Positions 19,063 to 29,445 of a stretch of 64,000 nt of DNA are shown piece after piece. The DNA comes from Candidatus Latescibacterota bacterium (lineage in GTDB: Bacteria; Latescibacterota; UBA2968; UBA8231). The notes below the pieces were generated by a model. The model was given only the letters and a program-made list of their open reading frames with translations. It searched no databases and had not been told where the DNA came from. The stretch covers positions 5,120,001 to 5,184,000 of the forward strand of contig OZ242214.1 in assembly GCA_965206595.1 (NCBI GenBank). Reading direction: 5' to 3'. The number at the start of each line of letters is the position of its first letter. Position 1 is the stretch's first letter. Position numbers and translations under genes: made by a program.

Positions 19063-19896
19063 GTGAAAATTTCCTTGATATCGATCGCCCTCGGTCTCGC
19101 CGGTATCTATGCCCTGTACTGCGGCGTGCTGTTCGCCGGACAGCGCGCCATGCTGTTTCCCCGGCACCAGATCTCGGAGCCGGCCGCGGTGGAGCTCGGC
19201 CCCTTCGGCGCGGAAGTGATGCAGGTCGAGACCGGTTTCGGTCAGGTGGAAACCTGGTTCTTCTCGCCGACCACCGGCGGCGACGGACCCTGGCCGACGG
19301 TGGTTATTGCCCACGGCAATACGGAGCTGATCGACCACTACCCGGCGACCTATCCCGAAAAATTCATGCGCTTCCTCGATCTGGGAATGGCGGTGTACCT
19401 GGTGGAGTACCCAGGGTACGGCCGCTCGGACGGGTCTCCTTCCGAGGCAACCGTAACCGAGGGATTCGTCGCCGCCTACGACAAGCTGATCGCAAGGCCG
19501 GACGTCGACGGCGAGCGCATCCTCCTCTTCGGCCGCTCCCTCGGAGGGGGTGCGGCCTGTGCGCTGGCGGCGAAACGGCCGAGCAGAGCGATGATCCTGT
19601 TCTCGACGTTTTCGAGCGTCCGCGACATGGCCGGCGAATTCATGATTCCCCGGTTTCTGGTCCTCGACCCGTTCGACAATCTGGGGGTTGTGCGATCCTA
19701 CCCCTGTCCGGTTCTCGTGCTCCACGGCACCGAGGACCGCTTGATCCCCTACGAGCAAGGGCGGAGATTAGCCGCGGAGGCGGCGCAGGGAACGCTGCTT
19801 ACCTACACCTGCGGCCACGGCGACTGCCCGACCGACTGGGACGACTACTGGAGGCAGGTGGCCGAATTCCTCCGCAAGGCCGATTTCATGGAGTGA
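19063..19896 (+). CDS. Membrane-anchored alpha/beta hydrolase
   Basis: N-terminal TM helix, HGN, EYPGYGRSDGSPSE, GRSLGG, HGTEDRLIP. Confidence 0.85.
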   Translation: MKISLISIALGLAGIYALYCGVLFAGQRAMLFPRHQISEPAAVELGPFGAEVMQVETGFGQVETWFFSPTTGGDGPWPTVVIAHGNTELIDHYPATYPEKFMRFLDLGMAVYLVEYPGYGRSDGSPSEATVTEGFVAAYDKLIARPDVDGERILLFGRSLGGGAACALAAKRPSRAMILFSTFSSVRDMAGEFMIPRFLVLDPFDNLGVVRSYPCPVLVLHGTEDRLIPYEQGRRLAAEAAQGTLLTYTCGHGDCPTDWDDYWRQVAEFLRKADFME

Positions 19897-19911
19897 AAAG
19901 GAGACTACCCC

Positions 19912-20769
19912 ATGCGATTTACCGCCGAGCAGGTGCAGGATTACCATCGCGATGGCTTTGCATTTCTCGAAGGCTTTCTGTCCCCTCGGGAAGTTCAGGA
20001 ACTTCTCGACGACGTCGGATCGATCTGCGCCGGCAACACCCTCGCAGACCACGACGAGGCACGCATGGAGATGGAGCCGAACCAGCCCCCGGACGGCAAC
20101 AGCGTGCGGCGTCTGTACGAGCCCTGCTCCCACTACCCGCGCTTTCGGGACCTCTCGCAGTCCGAGAAGCTCCTCGACTGCCTGGAGCAGCTCCTCGGCC
20201 CCGACATTCTCTTCCACTACAGCAAGCTCAACATGAAGCCGGCTGAAATCGGCTCGGTCGTAGAGTGGCACCAGGACCTTTCTTACTACCCCCTGACCAA
20301 CCGCGACTCGCTGGCGATCCTCTTCTATCTCGACGACACCGATGAAGAGAACGGCTTCCTGCGCATGATCCCGGGCCGCCACCGGGACGACCTTCTGCCT
20401 CATTCGGGGGACCAGTTCTTTCAGGGCCGCGTCACCGAATCGGTGGACGACTCCGGCGCCGTCGGCATCGGTGGAAGGGCGGGAACCGCCATCTTCATGC
20501 ACTGCATGACACCGCACGCCTCGGCCACAAACCGCTCCAACCGCCCCCGTCGCACCCTCATCCTCAGTTACCGCGCCGCCGATGCCTACCCTGTCTACAC
20601 CGGGAAAATGACCCACAAAACCGAGGCCTCGGTGCGGCTCGTCCGCGGCCAGCCCTTGCCGCTGGCCCGCTTCACGATGACCCACTTCCCGATGCCTCTA
20701 TACAAAGGGGGGGTGACCGCCTCGCTCTACGAGCTCCAGGGCCAGGCCCGGAAAGGTGAGACGGGGTAG
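19912..20769 (+). CDS. PhyH family dioxygenase
   Basis: SKLNMKP, WHQD, YLDDTDEENGFLRMIPGRH, PHASATNRS; GGAG RBS. Confidence 0.9.
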   Translation: MRFTAEQVQDYHRDGFAFLEGFLSPREVQELLDDVGSICAGNTLADHDEARMEMEPNQPPDGNSVRRLYEPCSHYPRFRDLSQSEKLLDCLEQLLGPDILFHYSKLNMKPAEIGSVVEWHQDLSYYPLTNRDSLAILFYLDDTDEENGFLRMIPGRHRDDLLPHSGDQFFQGRVTESVDDSGAVGIGGRAGTAIFMHCMTPHASATNRSNRPRRTLILSYRAADAYPVYTGKMTHKTEASVRLVRGQPLPLARFTMTHFPMPLYKGGVTASLYELQGQARKGETG

Positions 20770-20804
20770 GGCTTCCGAAGGCCCTGCTCCACTCGCGGAA
20801 CGAG

Positions 20805-22343
20805 ATGGCCGATCCTGCCGGTAGGGGAGGTTTGCGCTGGTGGCCCGCGGCGGCAATCCTCCTTCTCTGTGCCGTCGGCCTGATTGTAAACGGCCTGCAG
20901 GACGTCCCTCACCGCCAGGGCCAGACCTTCGTCGCCTTTCAGATCCTTCTCCTGGGACTCCTCGCTCTCGTCGTCTGGTTGCTCTTCTTCTCGAGGCTGC
21001 CCTGGATCCGGCGGTGGCTGTGCCTCGGCATCGCCGCACTGCTGCTGACCCTTTTCGGGACGCTATTCCGCATCGAGGGGGTCAGCGGCGATTTCATCCC
21101 CATCCTCGCCTGGAGATGGTCCTTCGGCGGTCCCGGACTGCCATCCGGCGCCGCGGGGACAGTCGCGGAATTCAGCGCCAGTTACCCGCAGTTCCTGGGG
21201 CCCGCCCGCAATGCCCGCCTGCACGGCGTACATCTCGATCCGGGGTGGCAACGGCATCCGCCCAGGGAACTGTGGCGGCGCGAGGTCGGGGAAGGCTGGT
21301 CGGCCTTCGCGGTGGCGCGCGGGCGCGCCGTGACCCAGGAACAGCGCGGGCGGCTGGAAACGGCGGTCTGTTACGATCTGCTTTCGGGCGAGGTGGTCTG
21401 GGCCCACGCCGACAGCGCCCGGTATGAATCCACCCTGGCCGGCATCGGACCGCGGGCGACGCCGACGATCGCGGGCGATCGTGTGTACACCCTGGGTGCA
21501 ACCGGCATTCTCAATTCCCTGGACCTCGAGACCGGACGCCTGCGCTGGTCGCGGGACATCATCGACGACAACGACGGGAAAATCCCGACCTGGGGAATCA
21601 GCGCATCCCCCCTGGTTCTCGACAGCCTCGTCGTTGTCAGCGCAGGCGGTGTCGAAGACCGCTCGCTGGTGGCCTACCACGCCGACCGCGGCGACGTCGT
21701 CTGGTCAGGGGGGCGGGACCGCGCCGGGTACAGCTCCCCGTCGCTGGCACTGCTTGCAGGGCGCCGGCAGATCCTGGTCTTTGCCAGCAGGGCCGTGGTC
21801 TCGCATTCGCCGCTGGATGGCGAAGTGTTGTGGCGCGAGCCCTGGCCGGGCGGCACCGAGTGTGTCGCCCAACCCGTTCCGCTTCCCGACGACCGGCTCT
21901 TGGTGTCGAGCGGGTACGGCATCGGCTCCAAGTTGTACGCCGTCGCCTCGACCCCGGATGGTGGTCTGAACGCCTCCCTCAGATGGGAGTCGCCCCGTCT
22001 CAAGGCCAAGTTTACCAACGTCGTGTTCCGCGATGGTTTCATCTACGGACTCGACGACGGCGTTCTCGTCTGCCTCGATCCGGGTTCCGGCAAGCGGCGA
22101 TGGAAGAAGGGCCGCTACGGACACGGTCAGCTCATCCTGGTGGACGATCTGCTGCTGATCCAGGCGGAATCAGGAGAAGTGGTCCTTGTCGAAGCAAACC
22201 CGGAGCAGCATGTCGAACGGGCACGCCTGAAGGCGCTGAACTCGAAAACCTGGAACAACCCTGCACTTGCCGCACCCTATCTGCTGGTTCGCAACAATCG
22301 GGAGGCGGCCTGTTTCGAGCTTCCCCTGCAGGAAGGCGCATAG
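20805..22343 (+). CDS. Membrane-anchored PQQ-binding-like (BamB-like) beta-propeller protein
   Basis: Three N-terminal TM helices, YPQFLGPARN, repeated LD..TG...W blades, TWNNPALA. Confidence 0.85.
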   Translation: MADPAGRGGLRWWPAAAILLLCAVGLIVNGLQDVPHRQGQTFVAFQILLLGLLALVVWLLFFSRLPWIRRWLCLGIAALLLTLFGTLFRIEGVSGDFIPILAWRWSFGGPGLPSGAAGTVAEFSASYPQFLGPARNARLHGVHLDPGWQRHPPRELWRREVGEGWSAFAVARGRAVTQEQRGRLETAVCYDLLSGEVVWAHADSARYESTLAGIGPRATPTIAGDRVYTLGATGILNSLDLETGRLRWSRDIIDDNDGKIPTWGISASPLVLDSLVVVSAGGVEDRSLVAYHADRGDVVWSGGRDRAGYSSPSLALLAGRRQILVFASRAVVSHSPLDGEVLWREPWPGGTECVAQPVPLPDDRLLVSSGYGIGSKLYAVASTPDGGLNASLRWESPRLKAKFTNVVFRDGFIYGLDDGVLVCLDPGSGKRRWKKGRYGHGQLILVDDLLLIQAESGEVVLVEANPEQHVERARLKALNSKTWNNPALAAPYLLVRNNREAACFELPLQEGA

Positions 22344-22436
22344 CCAAGGCTGGTGGTTGTGAAGAGTCCTCGTTCGTCCATGCCCACCTGTCCACGAAGC
22401 GATTACTTCAACCCACTCGTACGGTGAGAGTCAAAA

Positions 22437-23672
22437 ATGAAGGTTACGGCCATCGATATTCACGAAATCCAGTTCAAGTACGTCGACTGGATCGCCTACC
22501 AGCTGAACCATTATTACGGCCCCTCGCGGCGCACGATCTACGAGGTGCAGACCGACGAGGGACTGGTCGGTCTGGGCGAAAGCGGAAATACGGAGCCGCA
22601 GGAAATCATCGACCAGTACATCGGCACCAACCCCTTCGACTGGATGGGAGACGAGACCTGTCTGGGTCTGGGCACGGCGATGTACGACCTGATGGGCAAA
22701 GCGGCCGGCGTTCCGGTCTACAAGCTGATCGGACAGAAGTACCGCTCCTGGGTCCCGGTCGGTAGCTGGACCGTGTCGACGCACCCGGAGCGCATGGCCG
22801 AAGCCGTCGAACAGTACTCCCGCCAGGGATACACCTGGCTCAAGTACCACCTGTCGCCGTTCGAGAACGTCTTCGACCAGACCGAGGCAATGCAGAAGGT
22901 GGCACCCCGGGGATTCCGCATTCACTACGACTTCACGATGCACGGCACCGACGATCACCTGCCCGACCTGCTCGAGCGCCTGTCGGAGTACGAAATCGCC
23001 GGCTGCTTCGAAGATCCGCTGCCCCCCGGTGACATCGACGGCTACATCGATCTGCGCGAGCGCAGCCGGCTGCCGATCGTGCTGCATCACTTTCCGCTGG
23101 GGGCGACCTACGAGATTTTCCGCAAGCCTGCCGATGCCTACATGCTCGGCCATGCCCGCATTGGCGACGCCATCCGCAAGGCCGGACTGTTCGCCGCCGA
23201 CAACAGTCCCTTCATGTTGCAGAACGTCGGGGGCAACATCACGAGGGCGATGACGGTTCACATGATGGCCGCTTTTCCGAGCGCCACCTTCCACTTCTTC
23301 AGCGACTGCGAAACCTGGAAGAGCGACGTCACCAACGAACGGCCAGTGCCGGTCAACGGGTTTCTGAAAGTGTCGGAAAGCCCCGGCCTCGGAGTGTCCC
23401 TCAACAGGGAGGAGCTGGACCGCCTGAAGAACCTCTCCCTGCCGCGGCAGGAGAAGTGGATCGTCAAATCGACGTTCGCCAGCGGCGCGCGCATGTATCG
23501 CATCGCCGACCCGGACCACTCGATTTTCATGGTGCGGCCCGACCTCAGCCGCATCATTCCCATGAGCTACGACTCGCCGATTTCGACCTCCTACTGGGAC
23601 GACGACGGCAGCCCCGAGTACCGGGCGATGTTCGCGCGCCTCGAGCGCGAACAGATGGTGCTGGAGAATTGA
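22437..23672 (+). CDS. Mandelate racemase/muconate lactonizing enzyme family protein
   Basis: VQTDEGLVGLGES, AMYDLMGKAAGVPVYKLIG, KYH, FEDPL, PGLGV. Confidence 0.85.
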   Translation: MKVTAIDIHEIQFKYVDWIAYQLNHYYGPSRRTIYEVQTDEGLVGLGESGNTEPQEIIDQYIGTNPFDWMGDETCLGLGTAMYDLMGKAAGVPVYKLIGQKYRSWVPVGSWTVSTHPERMAEAVEQYSRQGYTWLKYHLSPFENVFDQTEAMQKVAPRGFRIHYDFTMHGTDDHLPDLLERLSEYEIAGCFEDPLPPGDIDGYIDLRERSRLPIVLHHFPLGATYEIFRKPADAYMLGHARIGDAIRKAGLFAADNSPFMLQNVGGNITRAMTVHMMAAFPSATFHFFSDCETWKSDVTNERPVPVNGFLKVSESPGLGVSLNREELDRLKNLSLPRQEKWIVKSTFASGARMYRIADPDHSIFMVRPDLSRIIPMSYDSPISTSYWDDDGSPEYRAMFARLEREQMVLEN

Positions 23673-23716
23673 TCGGGGTCGCTGGAACCGGTAGGCCGAA
23701 GTAAGGAGGGCGGTTA

Positions 23717-24652
23717 TCAGCTGCCGCCAGAGAGCCAGTCACGGGGCTTGAGAAACTCTTCGTAGAGCCGCGATTCCGGCGATCCGGCCCCGGGGCGCCA
23801 GTCGTATCTCCAGCGCACCCGGGGGGGCATCGACACGAGGATCGACTCGGTCCGGCCCCCTGATTGTAGGCCGAACAGGGTGCCGCGATCGTAGATGAGG
23901 TTGAACTCGACATAGCGACCGCGGCGGTAGAGCTGAAACTCCCGCTGCTGCTCTCCGTAGTCGGCACGCCTCCGCTTTTGCAGAATCGGCAGGTAGGCAA
24001 CCAGGTACTGCTCCCCCACGCTCCTGATGAAGTCGAAGCTGTTTTCGAACCCGCCATCGTCAAAGTCGTCGAAGAACAGCCCGCCTATGCCGCGCGTTTC
24101 GCCGCGGTGCTTCAGGTAGAAATACTCGTCGCACCACTTCTTGAAGCGGGGATACAGATCCTTTCCGAACGGATCACACGCCGCGCGCGCGCAGCGGTGC
24201 CAGTGCACCGCGTCCTCTTCGAAGCCGTAGTACGGGGTCAAGTCGAAGCCGCCGCCGAACCACCAGGTTGGCTCGCGGTCCTCTTGGGGGAGGGCGACGA
24301 AAAACCGCAGGTTCATGTGGGATGTAGGGGCGTAGGGATTGCGCGGATGCACGATCGCCGAAATACCGACCGCGTCGAAAGCCCCGCCGGCCAGGTGCGG
24401 ACGCCGCGCGGAGGCCGAGGCCGGCAGCTGATCGCCGAGGACGTGGGAGAAGTTGACGCCTGCGCGCTCGATCGTCTCGCCGTCCTCGAGAACCCGCGTG
24501 CAGCCGCAGCCGCCCTGCGGGCGCTCCCATTTCTCCTCCGCGAAGGCGCCGCCATCCTCCGCCTCGAGCGCCTTTGTGAGCCTGTCCTGGAAATCGAGCA
24601 GGAATGCCTGGACAGCGGCCCTGTCGGGGACGGAATCGTCGCTTGGTTTCAT
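23717..24652 (-). CDS. hemF: Oxygen-dependent coproporphyrinogen III oxidase
   Basis: [56 protein letters not shown]. Confidence 0.97.
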   Translation of the reverse strand: MKPSDDSVPDRAAVQAFLLDFQDRLTKALEAEDGGAFAEEKWERPQGGCGCTRVLEDGETIERAGVNFSHVLGDQLPASASARRPHLAGGAFDAVGISAIVHPRNPYAPTSHMNLRFFVALPQEDREPTWWFGGGFDLTPYYGFEEDAVHWHRCARAACDPFGKDLYPRFKKWCDEYFYLKHRGETRGIGGLFFDDFDDGGFENSFDFIRSVGEQYLVAYLPILQKRRRADYGEQQREFQLYRRGRYVEFNLIYDRGTLFGLQSGGRTESILVSMPPRVRWRYDWRPGAGSPESRLYEEFLKPRDWLSGGS

Positions 24653-24749
24653 GAGTTGATCGGCTGCTTTGTTTCAGCTACCCTTGCAGCTCCGTAGACT
24701 GCGTTCGACGCACCACACTGTCAACACGAAAACCGCCGCAACAGTCCGC

Positions 24750-25742
24750 ATGAAGATCGGCACCCGCATCAGTCCCGACTGGCTGGAACGTCCGGAGGAT
24801 CTGCGTTTCCTGAAGCAGACCGGAGTCGACTGCGTCGACATCACCATGCCGCTGGTTCCTGGCTATCGAGAAGCGGGCAGCCGTTTGAGCCGCGAGGGAA
24901 TCGACCAGTGTCTCGAGGTCATCGAGCGAGCCGGCCTGAAGGTCGAACGCATAAACAGCCTTCACGAGGAGACCCTCGACACCTTCCTGGGGCGCGACGG
25001 CTCCGATGTTGAACTCGACGCCCTCGCCCACAACGCCGAGCTGTGCGGGGAGTATCGGTTCCCCGTGCTCGGAGTCCAGTGCTTTCAGGCCCACCTGTTC
25101 GGCGGGCGCCCGCAAGAAACCGTGCACTGGGTCGAAGGGCGCGGAGGTTCCCGCTTCTTCCGCAACGACCTGTCGGAAGCGCTCGACTGCCCGGCGCCGG
25201 ATGGTGCGCCGACCCACGAGGAAATCTGGGAACGCACACTGAAGATCTTCCGAACTGTTGTTCCGATCGCCGAGAGCGCAGGCATCAAGGTGGCCATGCA
25301 CGGCAACGATCCTCCAGTGCCGCGCCTCTGGGGAGTACCGCAGATCCTCTACAACTTCGACGCCTTCGACCGGCTGTTCTCCGAAGTGCCGTCTCCCAGC
25401 AATGGCATGACCTTCTGCGTCGGTACTCGCTACGAGTCCGGGGAGGATGTGCTCGAGGGAATACGCCGCTTCGGCGAGCAGGGGAAGATCTTCCACGTCC
25501 ACTTCCGAAACGTGCACGGAACCATCCCCGAAAACGGCTGGTACGAGGAGCGTTTCCCCGACGAAGGAGATCTGGCGATGGCCGAGGTGGCCAAGGCTCT
25601 GTGGGAGATCGGATACGAGGGGGCCATCGACTACGATCACATCCTGAAACTGTCTACCGACGACGAGCACGGGCGCCAGTACCTTGCCTACTGCGTCGGC
25701 CACATGAAAGGGATTCTCGAAGGGCTCGCAGCCGGCAAGTGA
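24750..25742 (+). CDS. Mannonate dehydratase (UxuA)-like TIM-barrel protein
   Basis: VAMHGNDPPVPRLWG, GMTFCVG, KIFHVHFRNV, FPDEGD, DH. Confidence 0.8.
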   Translation: MKIGTRISPDWLERPEDLRFLKQTGVDCVDITMPLVPGYREAGSRLSREGIDQCLEVIERAGLKVERINSLHEETLDTFLGRDGSDVELDALAHNAELCGEYRFPVLGVQCFQAHLFGGRPQETVHWVEGRGGSRFFRNDLSEALDCPAPDGAPTHEEIWERTLKIFRTVVPIAESAGIKVAMHGNDPPVPRLWGVPQILYNFDAFDRLFSEVPSPSNGMTFCVGTRYESGEDVLEGIRRFGEQGKIFHVHFRNVHGTIPENGWYEERFPDEGDLAMAEVAKALWEIGYEGAIDYDHILKLSTDDEHGRQYLAYCVGHMKGILEGLAAGK

Positions 25743-25769
25743 AAAGGGCGCGAAGAATCGAGCACTGCC

Positions 25770-27158
25770 ATGACCGATATCATCACTGACCTCAGAGACC
25801 CCCAGATTGTCGCCGGAGCGCTGCGGCGCGCCACCGGGGAGTACGTCGCCCGCCATCCACGGTCCCGCGCTATGTTCGAGCGCGCCCGTCAATCGCTGCC
25901 GGGCGGAAACACCCGCACCGGCGTCAACTACGCGCCGTTTCCTCTTTACGCCGACAGCGGCGAAGGTCCCTACCTGCACGACCTCGACGGACATCGGCTG
26001 CTCGATTTCGTCAACAACGCAACCGCGCTGATTCTCGGACACGCCCACGAGGACGTCGTCGCGGCGCTGCAACAGCAGGTCGCCCGCGGAACGGCTTTTT
26101 CCCGGCCGACTGCTCTCGAGGTGGAGATGGCGGAGCTGCTTCGAGAGCGCATGCCTGCATTCGAAAAAGTCCGCTTCTGCAGCTCGGGAAGCGAAGCGGT
26201 GCTCAACTGCCTGCGCGCAGCCCGTGCCGCCACCGGCAGGAGCTGGACGGCCAAGTTCGAGGGCGCATACCACGGTATCGACGACCATGCCCTGGTCAGT
26301 TACGCCGTTCCCGTCGGCCCCGAACTCGGGCCCGGCGACCGTCCCCGTTCGGTTCCCGGGTCGGAGGGATTGAACGCCGGCGCCGAGGACCATGTTCTCG
26401 TGCTTCCGTTCAACGACGCAGAGGCTGCGGAAAGGCTGATCGAAGCACATGCCGAAAAACTCGCTTCCGTCATTATCGACCCTGTCTCCACGGCAGCCGG
26501 CCTCACTCACCCTGTGGATGGGTTTCTTCAACGGCTCCGGGATATCACGAAACGCCACGGCATACTGTTGATCTTCGACGAGATCGTCAGCTTCCGGGCC
26601 GGCCCGGGGGGTGCGCACACCCTCTACGGAATCCTTCCCGATCTCGTCTGTCTGGGCAAGGTCATCGCCGGTGGAACAGCCGGGGCCGCGTTCGGCGGCA
26701 AAGAAGAGGTGATGGCCCTTTTCGACCCGGGATCCGGTTCCCCGCGCATCTGGCAGTCCGGTACCTTCAACGCCAACCCCATCGCCCTCACCGCCGGCCT
26801 CGTCACCCTGCGCACCATGACCCCGGAAGCCTACGCCGAGTTGCATGAGACGACGGATCGGATCGGCAAATCCCTGCAGTCCTTGTTCGACGAAATCGGC
26901 ATCGCCACCCGGGTGGTGACCATCGGGTCCTTGTTCCGGGTCTACTTCCTGCCTGAAGCCCCCCACAATTACCGCGAGGCCGCCCGGGACGATTCGGCCC
27001 TGCACCAGTGGCTGTTCCTCAGCCTGATCAACCGGGGCGTGTACTGGCGCAACAAGGGGATATGCGGCGTATCCCTTCCGACCGGGCCCGAGCACGTCGA
27101 CTTCCTGACCGATGCGGTTCGCGGCGTGCTGACCGACGGCGACGGTCCGCTGTCGTAG
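25770..27158 (+). CDS. Class-III PLP aminotransferase (GSA-aminomutase-like paralog)
   Basis: RFCSSGSEA, KFEGAYHG, LLIFDEI, LGKVIAGG, SGTFNANP. Confidence 0.85.
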   Translation: MTDIITDLRDPQIVAGALRRATGEYVARHPRSRAMFERARQSLPGGNTRTGVNYAPFPLYADSGEGPYLHDLDGHRLLDFVNNATALILGHAHEDVVAALQQQVARGTAFSRPTALEVEMAELLRERMPAFEKVRFCSSGSEAVLNCLRAARAATGRSWTAKFEGAYHGIDDHALVSYAVPVGPELGPGDRPRSVPGSEGLNAGAEDHVLVLPFNDAEAAERLIEAHAEKLASVIIDPVSTAAGLTHPVDGFLQRLRDITKRHGILLIFDEIVSFRAGPGGAHTLYGILPDLVCLGKVIAGGTAGAAFGGKEEVMALFDPGSGSPRIWQSGTFNANPIALTAGLVTLRTMTPEAYAELHETTDRIGKSLQSLFDEIGIATRVVTIGSLFRVYFLPEAPHNYREAARDDSALHQWLFLSLINRGVYWRNKGICGVSLPTGPEHVDFLTDAVRGVLTDGDGPLS

Positions 27159-27167
27159 GAATCAGCC

Positions 27168-28667
27168 ATGTCCGGTCGTATTGCCGTTGGCTCCGTTCTC
27201 ACCGAGAGCAACCACATCGGCGGCTCCCCCATAGACCTCGACTGGTTCGAGCGCTACAATCTGCAGTACAGCGACGAAATGTTGAGCCTGGACTCCGGGG
27301 TAGTGGGAGGAGGGCTGACAGTATTGCGGGAGTCCGGCTGCGACATCGCCCCCTTGCTGAACGCCAGCACCTGCCCGGGCGGTTACCTCACCGCCGCCTG
27401 CTACGACACCCTCAAAAGCGAGCTGCTGCACAGGCTCCGGGATGCGCTTCCTGTCGACGGCGTTCTGCTGCTGTTGCACGGCGCTGCCGCCGCCGAAGGG
27501 TTCGACGACCTCGAGGGGGATCTGATCGCTTCGGTGCGCGATCGCGTGGGGGACGAGGTCCCGATTGTCGCCACCCTGGACCTGCACGCCCACGTGTCAG
27601 CTGCCATGGTTCGCAGTGCCGACGCGCTCGTCGCCTGGGAGACCTACCCGCACCGGGATGCGTTTTCCACCGGACAGCGCGGGGCCCGCCTGCTGGTCGA
27701 CGCCGTCGCCGGGCGCTGCCGCCCGACCATGGCGATGGCCAAAGTGCCGGTGCTCACCGGCGGAGTCCGCGGCTCCACTGCAGCGGACGAACCGTTCGGC
27801 CGCCTGATGAGCTTCGGCAAGCGGTTCGAACAGGCCGACGGAGTGCTTTCGGTCTCCGTTTTCCTCGTCCACCCCTATCTCGACGCTCCCGGAATGGGAA
27901 GCGGGGGCCTGGTCGTCACCGATGGCGACCTCGAAAAAGCGAAGAGGCTGGCGCAACAGATAGCAGATCGATACTGGCAGGCGCGGCGCGATCTCGAGCA
28001 GGAAACCCATTCCCCGGCCGATGCGATCGAACGCGGCCTGCAAACGGCAGGCGGTCCCGTGCTGCTCGTCGAAGCGGCCGATTGCGCCGGCGGCGGAGCG
28101 AGCGGAGACAGCGTTGCGACTCTCAAGGCGCTATTGGCCCTGGGAGACGATGCCCCGGATTCACTGGTTCCCGTCGTCGACCCGGAGGCCGCTGCCCGCT
28201 GTCACGTGGCGGGGGTCGGCACCGAACTCACCCTTGACCTCGGGCACCGCCTCGATCCCAAGTGGGGAAATCCAGTGCAGGTGAGGGGGCGGATCGTGCA
28301 CCTGAGTGACGGCAAGTTCCGTTATTCCGGCGGCATCTGGGACAACGTCGAGGGAGACATGGGCCCGAGCGCAGTGTTCGCCGTCGGCCGTATTCGCGTG
28401 CTTGTCAATACTCACGCCACCTACGACTGGGCGGACGAACAATTCCGCAGCGTCGGCATCGACCCGCTGACCGCCAAATTCGTCGTCGTAAAAAACCCCA
28501 TGAATTTCCGCAACGTCTACGTCGGTGTCGCAGCCGCCCTCTTCGTTCTCGATACCCCCGGCCCCACTCCCGCTTCGGTTCGCAACGTGGCTTTCCGGAA
28601 GCTCCTGCGCCCCTATTTTCCGGTGGACGTCGACATTCCTCATTTGCAGCCGACGATTCTCAGCTGA
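27168..28667 (+). CDS. M81 family metallopeptidase (MlrC-like)
   Basis: TESN, LLLHGA, TLDLHAHV, TYPHRD, VVVKN. Confidence 0.88.
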   Translation: MSGRIAVGSVLTESNHIGGSPIDLDWFERYNLQYSDEMLSLDSGVVGGGLTVLRESGCDIAPLLNASTCPGGYLTAACYDTLKSELLHRLRDALPVDGVLLLLHGAAAAEGFDDLEGDLIASVRDRVGDEVPIVATLDLHAHVSAAMVRSADALVAWETYPHRDAFSTGQRGARLLVDAVAGRCRPTMAMAKVPVLTGGVRGSTAADEPFGRLMSFGKRFEQADGVLSVSVFLVHPYLDAPGMGSGGLVVTDGDLEKAKRLAQQIADRYWQARRDLEQETHSPADAIERGLQTAGGPVLLVEAADCAGGGASGDSVATLKALLALGDDAPDSLVPVVDPEAAARCHVAGVGTELTLDLGHRLDPKWGNPVQVRGRIVHLSDGKFRYSGGIWDNVEGDMGPSAVFAVGRIRVLVNTHATYDWADEQFRSVGIDPLTAKFVVVKNPMNFRNVYVGVAAALFVLDTPGPTPASVRNVAFRKLLRPYFPVDVDIPHLQPTILS

Positions 28668-28668
28668 C

Positions 28669-29445
28669 ATGGTTTCCAGGCAGATACTGCTTGCGATGCT
28701 GTTCCCGGCCGTTGCCGCTGCCGAAGAGGAACGCCGGACAGCACCCATCCCCGAACCCAAAAGAGCGTCGATCAAACCGCCTCGTGTCGTGGTCACCCTC
28801 GACTATCCGCTGGCTCGCGAGGGAACCGACCGTCTGACCGCGGCAGTGCCGGAGCTTCTCGCGTTTTTCAACGCCGAAATGGGTGGCCGTTTACCGGTCA
28901 CCTGGCGCGAGGAAAGCATGGCAGATCCGCAATTCGCCGGAACTTTGTTGATATACCTTACCGGCAACGCGGCTGATCTCACTGCTTCCGAGACGGCCAA
29001 ATCCAGGCTGGGACAGTACCTGAAAGGTGGCGGCATGCTGTTCGCGGAGGACGTCAGGCCGACCAACCTGCCGGCATGGCGGCGGCGCGGTGCAGGTCTG
29101 GAAGGCACGCCCTTCGACCGCCAGCTCAAGCAATTGATGAAAGACCCGCAGGTGCTCGGAGACGCCGGGGCCAACTGGGAACCGGTTCCCAAGTCCCACT
29201 CGCTCTACGATTGCTACTTCCGCTTCTCGGACGGGCCGCCCCTGTCGGCAGCGCCGATGGGAATGGTCACCCAGCTCGAAATGCTGAAAATCCGCGGGCG
29301 TGTCGGCTTCATCTTCAGCGATCTCAGTATCACTTGGTCTTGGGGAAACCCCGCTGCCCAAAACCACACCCTGGCCACGCAGTTCGGCACCAACCTGCTC
29401 GTCTTTGCCATGACCCGGCAGGCTGCAGGGGCACCCCTCAGATGA
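28669..29445 (+). CDS. DUF4159-like secreted protein
   Basis: Signal peptide; LIYLTG, LGQYLKGGGMLFAED, FSDLS...W, FGTNLLVFAMT. Confidence 0.7.
   Translation: MVSRQILLAMLFPAVAAAEEERRTAPIPEPKRASIKPPRVVVTLDYPLAREGTDRLTAAVPELLAFFNAEMGGRLPVTWREESMADPQFAGTLLIYLTGNAADLTASETAKSRLGQYLKGGGMLFAEDVRPTNLPAWRRRGAGLEGTPFDRQLKQLMKDPQVLGDAGANWEPVPKSHSLYDCYFRFSDGPPLSAAPMGMVTQLEMLKIRGRVGFIFSDLSITWSWGNPAAQNHTLATQFGTNLLVFAMTRQAAGAPLR

Noticed and set aside
24678-27095. 805-aa minus-strand ORF, and similar long antisense ORFs such as 22431-23519, 32591-33595, 34450-35568 and 55371-56735
   Set aside because: Shadow frames opposite recognisable genes; expected at high GC and without motifs
23717-27158. hemF plus a hemL-like gene as a heme biosynthesis locus
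   Set aside because: The genes are divergent and separated, and the aminotransferase sits in a catabolic operon and looks like a paralog
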